NCBI GenBank assembly: GCA_963713605.1
Contig: CAVQMO010000003.1
Location: 288,001-352,000, forward strand
Reading direction: 5' to 3'
Length of the DNA stretch: 64,000 nucleotides
Source: an uncultured Nitrososphaerales archaeon
GTDB taxonomy: Archaea; Thermoproteota; Nitrososphaeria; Nitrososphaerales; Nitrososphaeraceae
The notes below the pieces were generated by a model. It ran no database searches, had not been told where the DNA came from, and saw only the letters and a list, made by a program, of their open reading frames with translations. Shown in pieces: positions 48,468 through 60,070 of this stretch (position 1 is the stretch's first letter; each line of letters opens with the position of its first letter). Position numbers and translations under genes: made by a program.

Positions 48468-49059
48468 AATTCATTGTTACAACATTGGATATAAGAGAAA
48501 TAACTGCCTTAGTTATCGAATGCATAGATCTCATTTATTAATAGGTCAGACTCTCAGATTATTTGATTCTTTCAATTTCTGGTATCTCTTGGATTCTTTC
48601 ATTGAGCACATACATGCCAAGCTAAAAAAACTCTCTAAGTTTGCAGATACCTCTGTCTATTTTCGTTCGTCATTCCCTCTTGAAGTTTCTTGGCATTTGG
48701 TTATGAGATATTTATTATCACGAATAAATTGTCCCACATGAAATGGAAATCTATTTTGAATTTGTTCCATGGTTTAGTTTTTTCTAGACTCAGTGCAGAT
48801 TGTGGAAGACGAAATCGACGGATTATTTTCCAAACCGGTTCCTAATTACTTGATCAAGACGGCAGCTCCTAATTTATCGGCCATTAGATGTTGTGAGAGA
48901 TGAACTCTTTTGTACTGCATTAAGAAAGTGCTTGAGATATCTTGCAAATATTGATCAACCTATTAGAGTTCCTTGCACAGAATTATAACTTTAAATGATG
49001 AACAAATCACCAATTAGAATAAAGCAGCTCGCACATGCTTCTGATGTTGCCCTTTACAT

Positions 49060-50061
49060 TCAAGATCTCTTGATAATTTCGTCTGCAAATACCTCTAGTG
49101 CTTCAATTTCTCTTTGTGGTTCTAAGTCGACAATAAGATATTGGATACCAACATCTTCAAACTCTCTTATCTGATTTAATACTTCCTCCGGTGTACCATA
49201 AATTGCGAATTCTCTTAGCTGCGCCTCTGGCATACCCATGAAAGCCTGTTGTACCCTTTTTTTAGCCGTTCTCCCATCATCATCAATTACTACCACTCCA
49301 AGTTTGGTTTTCAAGATTGAATCATAGTCTCTATCCACACTTTTACAATGGGCTTTCAAAATATCGAGCTTTTTCTTTACTGTTTCAGCTGATCCAAAGA
49401 GGTTGCATGCATCAGCATACTTAGCTACTATCTTCAAGGTTCTTTTCTCACCACTCCCTCCTACGAGTATCGGTGGAGTGGGTTTCTGTATAGGTTTGGG
49501 ATTGCAATAAGCATCATGTATTTGGTAGTATTTGCCTTCAAATGAGGCAGATGACTCTTCTGTCCACATCTTGCGTATTATTTGTAAAGCCTCTTCTAAG
49601 CGAAGTAGTCGCTCCTTGTTAGATGGAAAAGAAATACGAGCGGGTCCTTTGCTATTGCCATTATTATTTGTGCTTTCTCCAATGCCATATGCTAACGATT
49701 CTTCTTCATTCCAAGATGCACCAATCCCCAAAAAGAGTCTTCCCTTGCTCAAAACATCCAGCGTGGCACCAATTTTAGCTAATATGGAAGGATAGCGGTA
49801 TATGACACCTGTTACAAGTGTACCCAATTTTATCCTGGTGGTGATGCCGGCAAGCACAGATATTGTTGTCCAACCTTCAAGCATTGGTTCTTCTGGCTTC
49901 CCAACAACGGAAATCTGATGAAAATGATCCATTACCCAAAAAGAATCAAAACCCTTGTTCTCCGCTTTTGCCACTAGATTACTGAGAGTATCGATAATCC
50001 GTGATGTATTCTGATTGCTGTAGTCATAGCTAAAATTTGGATGTTGTAAGCCAAACTTCAT
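49060..50061 (-). CDS. LLM-class, probably F420-dependent, oxidoreductase
   Basis: FDSFWVMDHF, LGTLVTG, TLDVLSKGR, PILVGGSGEKRTL. Confidence 0.92.
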   Translation of the reverse strand: MKFGLQHPNFSYDYSNQNTSRIIDTLSNLVAKAENKGFDSFWVMDHFHQISVVGKPEEPMLEGWTTISVLAGITTRIKLGTLVTGVIYRYPSILAKIGATLDVLSKGRLFLGIGASWNEEESLAYGIGESTNNNGNSKGPARISFPSNKERLLRLEEALQIIRKMWTEESSASFEGKYYQIHDAYCNPKPIQKPTPPILVGGSGEKRTLKIVAKYADACNLFGSAETVKKKLDILKAHCKSVDRDYDSILKTKLGVVVIDDDGRTAKKRVQQAFMGMPEAQLREFAIYGTPEEVLNQIREFEDVGIQYLIVDLEPQREIEALEVFADEIIKRS

Positions 50062-50291
50062 ATTGGATTCGAAACCTAATACGATTAACTACCTAATAGA
50101 TGTGACTAGAGGAAGAGGAGAGACATTGATAATAATGACGACGAGGAAGATTCCACCCTAGTCACTAATACCAGAGAATTGGTGAATACGGTCCCACCCA
50201 TTCTTATTTTTCCTAAGATTGAACTTGATTTTGGATACCTGTTGGGAGGCGCACATTGCAGATAATTATTCAATAAATGGTAATGACCAAT

Positions 50292-52040
50292 CTATCTGCT
50301 AGACCTTTTAAAAGGCGGTCTCGCAAATATGACTTTCACCGGGTGCCGTATCGCAGGTTGGATCATTACTATTTCGCCTTTGTCCATATGAGCAATATTG
50401 TTTTTGGTTATGTCATCTAGCATTGAATAAGGACTTTTTGACAATTCAGACATTCCTAGTTTCGCGATCATGTGGATTCCTGTATTATCATGCAAAATAG
50501 GATCAACTGCACTTTTAAATTGCTGAGCTGATAAAAGGATGGTATCCCTTGATTTACCAGCTATCAATGTTTTTGTAATCTGTTCTGCTACTGAGGTCCG
50601 TCTGCCCATAGGATAAGCCTGTGGAAGAAAGCGATTTATCTCGTCTATAAATATCAAAAGGTACTTTGGCCGTCTACTCTGTTCTACGCTCCTTGTAATC
50701 TGACCGTCTGCATCATAGACATGTCTAACGTCCTCGAAATTAGAGCGGGAAGAATATAAGTCGTCGATATTTTTCATGACGTCACCGACAACTAAGGATT
50801 GCTCTTCAACAGTAGGAATCATAGCAATATCAATGACGAATACGTCTCCAGCTCTTATTTTTTCTATTTCATTTCCTAAGTAAACGCTGGTCTCTCTTTC
50901 ATCAGTAAACATTGAAGACCTCTTGTACTTCTGCAGTAATCCAGAGAAATGTAGATATGTCGATTTATGAGTTATTATTTCTGAAGGGTAGTCCTTGTAC
51001 TTGACCAGATCTGACCACGATGTTACTGCTACTCCATCTTTATCCTTAAATGGCCATGATTCATAAATATAATTAATTATTGCGGACAGATTGTATCGTG
51101 GATCGTAGGTTTCGGAGGAAAGTAAAAGATCGAGTCTATCATATATGTCATTCAATTCGTAGGAATAGGTATGATAGTTTGAAGGTATGTGAACTGATAT
51201 AGGCTTCCCGTCTATACCTCTGGGAAGGAAATAGGTAACCTTTCTGAATGGATCCGGGGATATTTGTAGGAGATCGTACAATTCCTTATCTCTGTCAGTT
51301 ACAGTTCCCTGTGCCTCATCTATATACAAGAGATCATCTTCACGTGTATTAAAGATTATGATAGCCACTTCGTTCTTCTTTACCAATTTCTGGTATAAGG
51401 AATGTAATAGGAAGAGCAGATAGGACGTTTTCAGATTCCCTGAGATTCCTGATGCGTTGATGTGTGCAGCATCCGGTCCTGCTAAATATGTCATGGCCAT
51501 TGGTATCGCGATTTTATTCCCATTGGTCATTTCTATTACACCAGCCATGACCGGGTCTTCCATTTTTGGGATCCCCAGGGCTAAAAGAATTTCGTCGCTA
51601 TTTGCAAATGTCACCGATGCATTAATTCCAACTGGCATTCTAACTATTAGGCTATTATTTTTATTTCTCCAGTCATCCTGCACTTTATTCTTATTCTGAA
51701 CATTTGCCATAACAGCTACCCTTGCAATCCTTGTTCCGTGAACTTGATAATCTCTACTATTAATCACTGAGCTTTCCGAATCATGAAGATCAGAGGTGGA
51801 TATTATACCTCCATTCGACTTCTGCTTGATGCTGTGAATATTGGATACAGTTCGCAATTCCTTGACGATGCCAATTGTCCGGGTGTTGTAAATATTGTCT
51901 ACACACACAAAATCAAATGGTCCTACAATTACGTTAGGAACAATTGAGAACCAAAATTCGTCCATAGTTATGGGAAATTTCTCTGATTCGACTGTTTTAC
52001 CGATTCTATTACCGAGTTCTACATTCTCATTCTTTGCCAA
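50292..52040 (-). CDS. HerA/DUF87-like ATPase with N-terminal HAS-barrel-like region
   Basis: AHINASGISGNLKTSY Walker A variant, LIFIDEINRF Walker B, LLSAQQFKSAVD. Confidence 0.8.
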   Translation of the reverse strand: MAKNENVELGNRIGKTVESEKFPITMDEFWFSIVPNVIVGPFDFVCVDNIYNTRTIGIVKELRTVSNIHSIKQKSNGGIISTSDLHDSESSVINSRDYQVHGTRIARVAVMANVQNKNKVQDDWRNKNNSLIVRMPVGINASVTFANSDEILLALGIPKMEDPVMAGVIEMTNGNKIAIPMAMTYLAGPDAAHINASGISGNLKTSYLLFLLHSLYQKLVKKNEVAIIIFNTREDDLLYIDEAQGTVTDRDKELYDLLQISPDPFRKVTYFLPRGIDGKPISVHIPSNYHTYSYELNDIYDRLDLLLSSETYDPRYNLSAIINYIYESWPFKDKDGVAVTSWSDLVKYKDYPSEIITHKSTYLHFSGLLQKYKRSSMFTDERETSVYLGNEIEKIRAGDVFVIDIAMIPTVEEQSLVVGDVMKNIDDLYSSRSNFEDVRHVYDADGQITRSVEQSRRPKYLLIFIDEINRFLPQAYPMGRRTSVAEQITKTLIAGKSRDTILLSAQQFKSAVDPILHDNTGIHMIAKLGMSELSKSPYSMLDDITKNNIAHMDKGEIVMIQPAIRHPVKVIFARPPFKRSSR

Positions 52041-52452
52041 CCCTGGTCAAAAACTCAATTATTCATATATATTTATTATGTATAAAGATCCTCTATATAG
52101 TTGATTTAGACCATTATCCAGCCTCTCTCTTGAGCTTATGAGGGACAGATATGACCTTATAATTATCTATTTAAAATAGTACAATACATGGTATCGATGG
52201 ATGACAAGCAATATCCTCATTCCGTGAAATAATAAACTTGATGAGAATCTCTACTGTTATTTAGGATAAAATCTTTTTGAATTGATTTCGCAATATAACT
52301 ACAAAGAGTGCATATTTGGGATGTTCTTAAATTGTTAAGCGGAGGTTACTATGTGATTAATAGATCACATACTACAATGAAAAGACAAACTGTACATTTC
52401 ATAATACCTAAATTTATTCCTCTCACTTTGATTGTTACCATAGAACTGTCAA

Positions 52453-52985
52453 ATGTTTAGGGTAAAGTCACAGAGGCAAATATTGGAATCAGAAATAAAG
52501 CGAGAGGTTGAAATAGAGAATCTTCCAGAAAAGGAGAGACAAGAAATTGAACAAATATACAAATCGAAAGGATTTGAAGTACGATTTGAAGACGGATTTG
52601 AAAGGGTAGTCGATAAAGTAACTTCCAATAAGGGAGTATGGCTTAAGACCATGCTTACTGAGGAACTTGGTCTCAACCTTGAGATACTTGGGAACCCATT
52701 AAAGAGTGCATTAGTAATGTTTGGTTCATTTTTACTTGGTGGAATTCTTCCAAATCTCCCGTACTTTGTGGTTAAGTTTTGGACTCATGCCATCGACGAC
52801 GGCTATTGTAGTAGCAATTTCGATAAGTATTGCTTCCTCTTTCATAGTCGGCGCAGGCCCGTATAGCCCAAATGAGCATCATAAAAGGAGGAATTGAAAT
52901 GGCAGGACTAAGCACCGGAATAGCACTTGTTGGCTATGGGATAGGGACTGAATTAGCCAGATTAGGTATAGTAAATGTACAGTGA
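52453..52985 (+). pseudogene. VIT1/CCC1 transporter C-terminal fragment
   Basis: EIEQIYKSKGF, MLTEELGL, NPLKSALVMFGSFLLGGILP; N-terminal TMs absent. Confidence 0.85.
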
Positions 52986-53133
52986 TTTTTCTTTTCTTAT
53001 CCTAGTGCCTCAGGGAATCTCTACTGCGTTTAGACAGGCTGCAATAAATCAAATAAAGCATCAAGTTTAATTTGAGAGGAAGCTCACGATTTACGAATGC
53101 TCTTATGAAAGCAGGTGAGATCAATGATGTACC

Positions 53134-53271
53134 ATGAAAGAAATCATAGTGTCAGTATCAGATGAACTATACGAGGCAATTGAATATGAAAGAGATTCGC
53201 GCAAACTAAGAACTGTGTCTGAAATGGTAAGAGTAATACTTACTGAATATTTCAGGGATAAGATTGATTAG
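53134..53271 (+). CDS. ribbon-helix-helix (CopG-like) protein, 45 aa
   Basis: MKEIIVSVSDELYEAIEYERDSRKLRTVSEMVRVILTEYFRDKID. Confidence 0.65.
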   Translation: MKEIIVSVSDELYEAIEYERDSRKLRTVSEMVRVILTEYFRDKID

Positions 53272-53528
53272 AGTCGTTGGATATCGACACAGAATTGGAA
53301 TTAAATCTATCATATCAAATTTACTTAACCGTCATCCATTGCTGTTCTTCATAATAAATGGAATAGCATCAATTATTTCCAGATGAGTTGGTGTCTTTCT
53401 ATTCTCGTCATTCTATCTCCCATCTGAATTCAATAATAATAGAATTCTAAACTTAAGTGTTTATGATTATTGGTCCTATTTTGATAGTTGGATAGACAAC
53501 TATAACTATAAGGCTATATGTAGTAGAC

Positions 53529-54050
53529 ATGTCAGCAATGAGTGAATCATCATCAAATGAGGCACATCCAACTGAGATAATATTAGCTAGGTGGATTGAA
53601 AGATTCGTTGCTTGGCTTATAGACTTTGTGATCGTTTCAATCGGTCTAGCAATTCTGTTTGCCCTTTTGTCTATTCCGTTTTGGTTCTATTATGCATCAG
53701 AAGATGTAGAAGAGCAGTTTAAAGGACCACAACCTTACCACTATCTAATATCAAGCATAGTGTTCTTTTTATACTGGACGTATTTTGAATCAACAACAGG
53801 GCAATCACTTGGAAAAAAGGTAATGAAATTAAAGACAACAAATCTAGATGGAACTGTTGCAGAAGGAAAAAAGGTGGCCCTTTCAGCTTTTGGAAAGGCA
53901 TTCCTTCTTCCTTTCGACGTAATTCTGGGGTGGATATTTACAAATGAAAGACGGCAGAGGATATTTAATAGAGTAGGTAATACTATAGTAATTAAAGTAA
54001 AAACAGAGTCAAAGTCTACGGATAGCAATATTAGGTATGTCAAGGACTAA
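53529..54050 (+). CDS. RDD family protein
   Basis: RFVAWLIDF, GQSLGKK, RQRIFN..GNTIV. Confidence 0.9.
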   Translation: MSAMSESSSNEAHPTEIILARWIERFVAWLIDFVIVSIGLAILFALLSIPFWFYYASEDVEEQFKGPQPYHYLISSIVFFLYWTYFESTTGQSLGKKVMKLKTTNLDGTVAEGKKVALSAFGKAFLLPFDVILGWIFTNERRQRIFNRVGNTIVIKVKTESKSTDSNIRYVKD

Positions 54051-54411
54051 TACAATAATCGTAATTTCTAGTTTTATCCAATGTACCAAATTCTAAGATG
54101 CGCATGATAAAGTCATCCTTCTATGTTTTATTGATGATAAAAATGGTGAACGGAATACCAGGAAGGCTTGTAGAAATGGATGAAAAAGTAAAGTTCCTCC
54201 AACAAATCGAGCAAGATGTTGGACCAATTATGCTCCTTGCGGTACAAGGTATGCGGTGGTATGCTTTTTTTCTGAATTGATAAAATATACCAGTCACATA
54301 AATGTGATAACAATTCGCCAGAAGTTATTCTTAGGATAAGGAAGAAGTTAAAGGAAAGCAGAGAGGGTTGGCCTACATAGCAGATAATAAGATGTTGTAA
54401 AAGAAACACCT

Positions 54412-55406
54412 ATGCGCTCAGTTCAAGTTTCTAAAGCTAATGGCCCCCTTGAAATTGTGGAAAGAGATATTCCTGAACCTGGCGCTAGACAAGTTCGTAT
54501 CAAAGTACAAGCATGCGGTGTGTTACTAAAGAAGGATTATTTCAAGGCATCCAGTATCCGAGTTCCTGGCCATGAGATTGCCGGGCTTATAGACGAGGTA
54601 GGCAAAGACGTCTCTCAATGGGAACAAGGGTAGAGAGTAGCTGTTGGTTGGCATGGAGGTCATTGTGATCATTGCGAATTTTGCAGGCGCGGAGATTTTA
54701 CCACTTGTAAATACGCCCAGGTACCAGGAATTTCATACGATGGTGGCTATGCAGATTATATGGTTACACCTATCGAAACTCTAGCATCAATCCCTGAGCA
54801 GCTTTCACCTACAGAAGCTGCGCCTCTTATGTGTGCTGGTATCACTACATTCAATGCTCTTCGAAATAGTGGAGCACGTGCAGGCGATGTAGTCGCTATT
54901 TTTGGAATGGGAGGGCTTGGACATCTTGGAATTCAGTTTGCTGCCAAGATGGGTTTCAATACTGTCGCCATTGGGAGAGCAAGGGACAAGGAAGAGGAAT
55001 TGATGAAGAATTTGGGGGCAAGGCAATACATTGATAACAGGTCACAGAACGCCGTCGAAGAACTTAACAAGCTGGGAGGAGCTAAAGTGATACTTGCAAC
55101 CGTTCCAAGTGGAAAGGCGATGACTGAAATCCTTGGAGGTCTTGAGCCAATGGGAAGCTTGTCGTAATTGGAGGATCTGATGAGCCAATTCAAGTGCCTC
55201 CATTTCTAATGATATTATGGCGTCGATCAGTGATAGGCTGGCCATCTGGTACGTCAATCGACTCGCAAGACGCACTCTCATTTAGTGTACTCTCTGGTGT
55301 AAGGTCTATGAATGAAGTCTTTCCGTTGGAGCGCGCTGCAGAGGCATTTGATCTTATGATGAGTGGTAAAGCTAGGTTTAGATGTGTACTTACGACTGGA
55401 AACTAG
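54412..55406 (+). pseudogene. Zn-dependent alcohol dehydrogenase
   Basis: PGHE, CDHCEFC, APLMCAG, GMGGLG, ARFRCVL; CHSD segment lost, in-frame TAG at 54631, shift at ~55145. Confidence 0.9.
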
Positions 55407-55491
55407 CAATTACCTTGACACTAACCTGTTTCTACAAGTACAAACTACGAAGTGTAGGAATGTGTTAGAGAAGATGAGAAACTGAAGAATC

Positions 55492-55825
55492 ATGTCGAAA
55501 TTTGCAACGCCTGAAGACTTACTCAATTCACAAGTAATAGAATTCAAAGTAAAGGAAATATAGACCTCTTAATGACACTTTATGAGAAAGATGCTTGTTT
55601 TGCCTCTCAGCCGGGACAAGTTGTCAAGGATCAAGAACGTATACGCAGGGCAATTCAGGATATCATTGACATGGGGGTAAGTTAGAGGCAAGAGTCAAGA
55701 GAGTACTTTATGCGAACGATCTTGCTCTTCTAATTACGGAATGGTCGATCAATGGAGCCGAACCTGATGTTAAACCAATTCATCATACTGGCAAAGGCAC
55801 TATTGTTTTTCGTCGAGAATTCTGA
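55492..55825 (+). pseudogene. SnoaL-like paralog of 39273..39653
   Basis: MSKFATPEDLLNSQV...LMTLYEKDACFASQPGQ...DLALLITEWSI with frameshifts. Confidence 0.85.
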
Positions 55826-55859
55826 AGTCTTTCGCACTTGGCAACCTCTCCTGGATCTA

Positions 55860-56080
55860 CTGATGAAGTTGCAATCTGGTCTCTATCAACAAGCGATGGA
55901 TGGTTAGAACAGAGGAAGTGACCAAGCCTTCGCCGCCCCATTTGCAGTAGACGGTGATTTTGTTGGTTTCGATGGCATGCATCTTAAGGGACGCCAAGAA
56001 ATTATCACGTTTCATCAACAGCTTATTAATACACACCTCAAAGTCACTCGCTTGGTTGGCAAGGTTCGGAGTGTGCTTTG
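55860..56080 (+). pseudogene. SgcJ/EcaC-like (NTF2-fold) remnant
   Basis: AFAAPFAVDGDFVGFDGMHLKGRQEIITFHQQL. Confidence 0.7.
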
Positions 56081-56499
56081 AAAGTATGTATTAATTAAAT
56101 CTCGAGGTTAGAACCGTAGAAAGCGGGAAAGTACTAACTGAAAATAGTCTTGGTGGGTAAAATTGATGACGACATACAGCCTATGACTAAGACATAGTAT
56201 ATAACTTGGTTGAACGCTAGCTGAACGACTTGAACAAATTCCCCTAAGGCAAGCTATTGAACAGTGTTCTAAACTATGCCGTTCAATTTAGGTCGTTCAG
56301 TATGTTGAGCGTGAAGTCTCCTGAACGACTGTATACAAAAGGGGTTGTATACAATGGTTATATACAAATTTGTAAAAAAACAGGAATCTGTATACTCTCT
56401 CGTATACATGGCACTCTAACCAAAGAGTGGCCAATTTTAGCTAATTCTTTAGAACTAAAAGAAGATAGGAGCAAGCTGGTCACATTCCGATCTCAAGAT

Positions 56500-56870
56500 A
56501 GCAACCAAGTTTCCGTTTATTGAGAATGAGTTTAATGGAAAACGAGCTCTTGTACCTGGAGGAATTACAGGAATGGGCAAAGTAGTGCAGTAGTAAGCTG
56601 ACTTCTCGATGAAGGAGCAGAAGTCATAACGGCCGCACACAAGATAACATATGATTATGATGAAGAACGGGAGCTTGTATTTGTTCAAGCGGACCTCGGC
56701 AAGTCCGAAGGGTGTACGAAGGTGGTCAATGAGGTCATTCCTAGGGTTGGCGGAGTCGATATCCTTGTGAATGTTCCCGGGGCGTCATATGCACCAAGTG
56801 GAGGTTTTAGCGTCTTGAGCGATGAGGAGTTACTAAAAGAGCTAAACATAAATGCAACGTTAGCCTAGGC
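56500..56870 (+). pseudogene. SDR oxidoreductase N-terminal remnant
   Basis: GKRALVPGGITGMG...FVQADL...GGVDILVNV. Confidence 0.75.
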
Positions 56871-56984
56871 GTCCGTAAAGGCTGCATTAACTACTTATCA
56901 GATCTGGGGGGACAACGGAAAATGCTGGATCAACTATAGAATACTCTGTACTGGGATTCTATCTCAAGTTTCTACGAAGATTCC

Positions 56985-57452
56985 TCATCTGATACCCATC
57001 ATTATTCTCCTTGTTTCTGGTTGGGGAAAGATCTCGTCTAACGTTCTAGGTCTCCTGTCTTCAAAGACGACATCCGAATGCCACTTGGAACCAAAGGCCG
57101 TTAACTGGAGCAGGATAGGCATTGTATCTCTACCTTTTTCGGTAAGTTTCCACACCACCATAATTGGATGTCTCTTTCCTCCAACACACTCTATGAATCC
57201 TTCGTCTTCTAGCTCTCTTAAACGCATTGATAGTACCCTTGGTGTAAGTCCAGGGATAGATTCTAAGATTCTATTGAAACGCACTATCTTGAGGAAACCT
57301 ATATCTCTCAATATCAGCATAGTCCATTTCTTTCCAAGTACACCTAAACTAGTTTTAATTGGGCACTGAGCAAATTTGACTTGAGGCCAAATCGCACTTT
57401 CATCGTCTTTACTAGTTAATTCTGATTGCTGATCCTCGGTGAATTGTGACAA
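56985..57452 (-). CDS. HxlR-family transcriptional regulator
   Basis: CPIKTSLGVLGKKWTMLILRD...PGLTPRVLSMRLRELE...LTEKG. Confidence 0.92.
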   Translation of the reverse strand: MSQFTEDQQSELTSKDDESAIWPQVKFAQCPIKTSLGVLGKKWTMLILRDIGFLKIVRFNRILESIPGLTPRVLSMRLRELEDEGFIECVGGKRHPIMVVWKLTEKGRDTMPILLQLTAFGSKWHSDVVFEDRRPRTLDEIFPQPETRRIMMGIR

Positions 57453-57907
57453 CTATACTTATGATCCATTTCATGTTTATAAACTATATTTTGTATATCA
57501 GTCCTCGAAGCAATCCACCATGCCTGAAATAAAAATTAATGCAGATAACATTTTGATTAGCTAAAGCACCACGAGCCATTCCTAAGTAAGTAAATTTCCT
57601 ACCCTAAATCCATATTCATAGTGATTCTTGTTGTCCCGTCTGCCTCTAATGCTTCTCCATCGATTATGCTTTTCCAACAAACTACGGGTGAAGAGGAACA
57701 ATTACGATTAGAATATAAGATATCTCCACCAAAATGAATAGGTCTCAATTTAGAAAAGACTATTAAAGACTTGTCCTTTGAAATCGTGGATACAACATCT
57801 TCGCATCATCTTGCATACGTCGTTGGAATTCAAATGCAAAACTGATTGGAGATTAAGGAGTATCGTGTTATTGCATGGATCGCCACAAACGTGGTATGAA
57901 TGGATCT

Positions 57908-59426
57908 TCATACGCTATGTGCTGTTCTTCTTAACAGTAATGCAAATCCTACTGTGATACCCGAAAGTAATCCTGCTGTGAGAAATATTAGATTATAAGA
58001 TCCAGCAGATGGGTAAGATCCATCGATTCCTTCAATAGTCTCGTGATTTGCCATATACACCCCAGCTAATGCAGGGCCTATTGCCATTCCAATAAACAAT
58101 AAAAGGGCGCCAACTCCTACCGAAATACCAGTGAACTCTTTTGGTGAAGACGAGACGACCATATTCCAGGTAGCTGTCATTGTTATCGATAGCCCACTTG
58201 CGACTATGGCCAGACTTGTAGATAACGCGAATTCTGTTGAATGAAATAAGGTTAACCCAAGTGCACCGACTAGGCTAATTACTCCACCAATTATCATGGG
58301 TTTTATACTTCCTATTCGATTTATGATAAGCGGAGTGATACTGGCAAATACCAAGAACGTGATCATGAAAGGCAGCTGAACATTGGCGGCATCTACTGAA
58401 TCTCCTCCAAATCCTAGTGGAATGGGGCTTCTAACTAACTGGACTATGGTTGGATAAATCATAAACATGGTGATACCAGCAGCTATCAACAAGATGTATG
58501 AAGGTAGAAGGATCTTGTGTTTTAGTAACCTTAAGTCCAGAAAAGGAGGCACGATCCTTCTCTCCAAGAAAACAAAGATCGATAATGAAATTGCAGATAC
58601 CACAAATGCGCCAGCGATCTGCAGGATATTCTGGGAGTTAACGCCGATCTGTATGAGTGTAAAAGCGATCAGAAATGACGTGATTGTAACAGAAAGTGCC
58701 CCTACGCCCTTGATGTCTATTGGAAATGATGCGCGCTTTCGTCTCGAGGTATTATCCGTAGTATCTTCCGAATTTGTGTGATGAATCTTTTTATCTTTGA
58801 CAAATTTGGCGATCATTATCGTTACTACAGCAGAAAAAGGAATTATGGCCAAGAAAGTTGAATGCCATCCAAAGTTTTGAATAATGCTAGCCCCTACCAA
58901 TAGGCCAACCACCGAACCTGCAGAATAGGCAGATCCAAATACCCCTACAGCTATGGCGAGTTTGGCGGGAGGGAAAGTATCTCTAAGAAGACTAAAGGCA
59001 GCAGGAACAGCCGCTAAACCAACGCCTTGGATTATCCTGGTGACAAGTAGAGCTGATATGTTGTCAGCAAAGCCGCCTGTAACAAGCCCAACTATATATA
59101 TTGTAAGTAATACGAGCAACACTTTCTTTTTCCCATATAGATCAGAAAGCCTGCCTGCAACGGGTGTCATTACAGCAGCAACAATAAGATACGCACTGAA
59201 TATCCATGCTCGCTGTACCATAAGTTATGTTAAAGTCCTGTATAATCTCTGGGATTGCAGGAAGGAGCATAGTCTCTGAAAAAAAGACTGTCAGCAGAGT
59301 GCTGCTGAGTAGCGCAAGAGTAAACCACGCAGTGCGACTAACAGTAATTGTTTTTCCAGCACCTCCCTCTATGGGACTTACTCTGTTTTCTGTTAGCTCG
59401 GGTTTATCGATTCTACGCATCCTCAT
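57908..59426 (-). CDS. MFS transporter (DHA2-like), +1 frameshift at ~59210
   Basis: ETMLLPAIP...YGTA-(extra A)-AWIFSAY, GRLSDLYGKKK. Confidence 0.9.
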
Positions 59427-59440
59427 TGTTAGATAATTAG

Positions 59441-59483
59441 CATTATTTATCGTTAACGGAAACAGAGCTCCCAATAGCTGACA
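59441..59483 (-). promoter_or_regulatory. promoter/operator copy 1, upstream of MFS
   Basis: CATTATTTATCGTTAACGGAAACAGAGCTCCCAATAGCTGACA; similar copy at 60071. Confidence 0.6.
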
Positions 59484-59525
59484 TGCTACTTATTTTATTG
59501 TCCCAGTAAATACAGTCAACTATGT

Positions 59526-59921
59526 TTAGATCCCTCCTCTCTTGATAGAGTCGGAGAACCAACAACCTAGAGTAGTAGGGGCTCCCGTAATTTCGATAAT
59601 GCCCTTTAAATCGGAAATATTCTTTAACATATCTAATGATAGCTCTTGATTTATGACGTAGTGGGTGCCATTATCATACACTGTAGCCATTGCTCCCATT
59701 ATTTTATATATGAATTCACTCGTCTTTGCCGAATCTACGTCTTTCTTAGTGTATATCTCCAAGGTATACGTCGGTGTAACACCAGGATTCTCTCGCAAGC
59801 GATTCAAAAGATCATAAATGAGATCTGGATCAACGTTTGGCAAATACCTTTGGAATAAGCCTTGCAGTTCATCGAAATGCCTTCTAATTCTCTGCATTTC
59901 ATATAAATCAATATTAGTCAT
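59526..59921 (-). CDS. hypothetical protein
   Basis: 131-aa ORF between the MFS and Lrp genes. Confidence 0.7.
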   Translation of the reverse strand: MTNIDLYEMQRIRRHFDELQGLFQRYLPNVDPDLIYDLLNRLRENPGVTPTYTLEIYTKKDVDSAKTSEFIYKIMGAMATVYDNGTHYVINQELSLDMLKNISDLKGIIEITGAPTTLGCWFSDSIKRGGI

Positions 59922-60070
59922 TAGCTGGAAACCAATCCGGGACGCAACGCTATCGTCTTGAAAAGAAAATAACCTACCAGATTCTTTGAATATGTCCTGT
60001 CTGACGGTATCAGGTACAAGTGGGAATTGCTAATAGTTTCACCACTAGCCACACAATAATATAAGCTCTA

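Noticed and set aside
48364..48741. 125-aa plus-strand ORF
   Set aside because: Overlaps SemiSWEET antisense and has no recognisable motif
54631..54633. In-frame TAG in ADH (and others) as pyrrolysine or readthrough
   Set aside because: These genes also have deletions and frameshifts, and TAG is used as a normal stop elsewhere in the window
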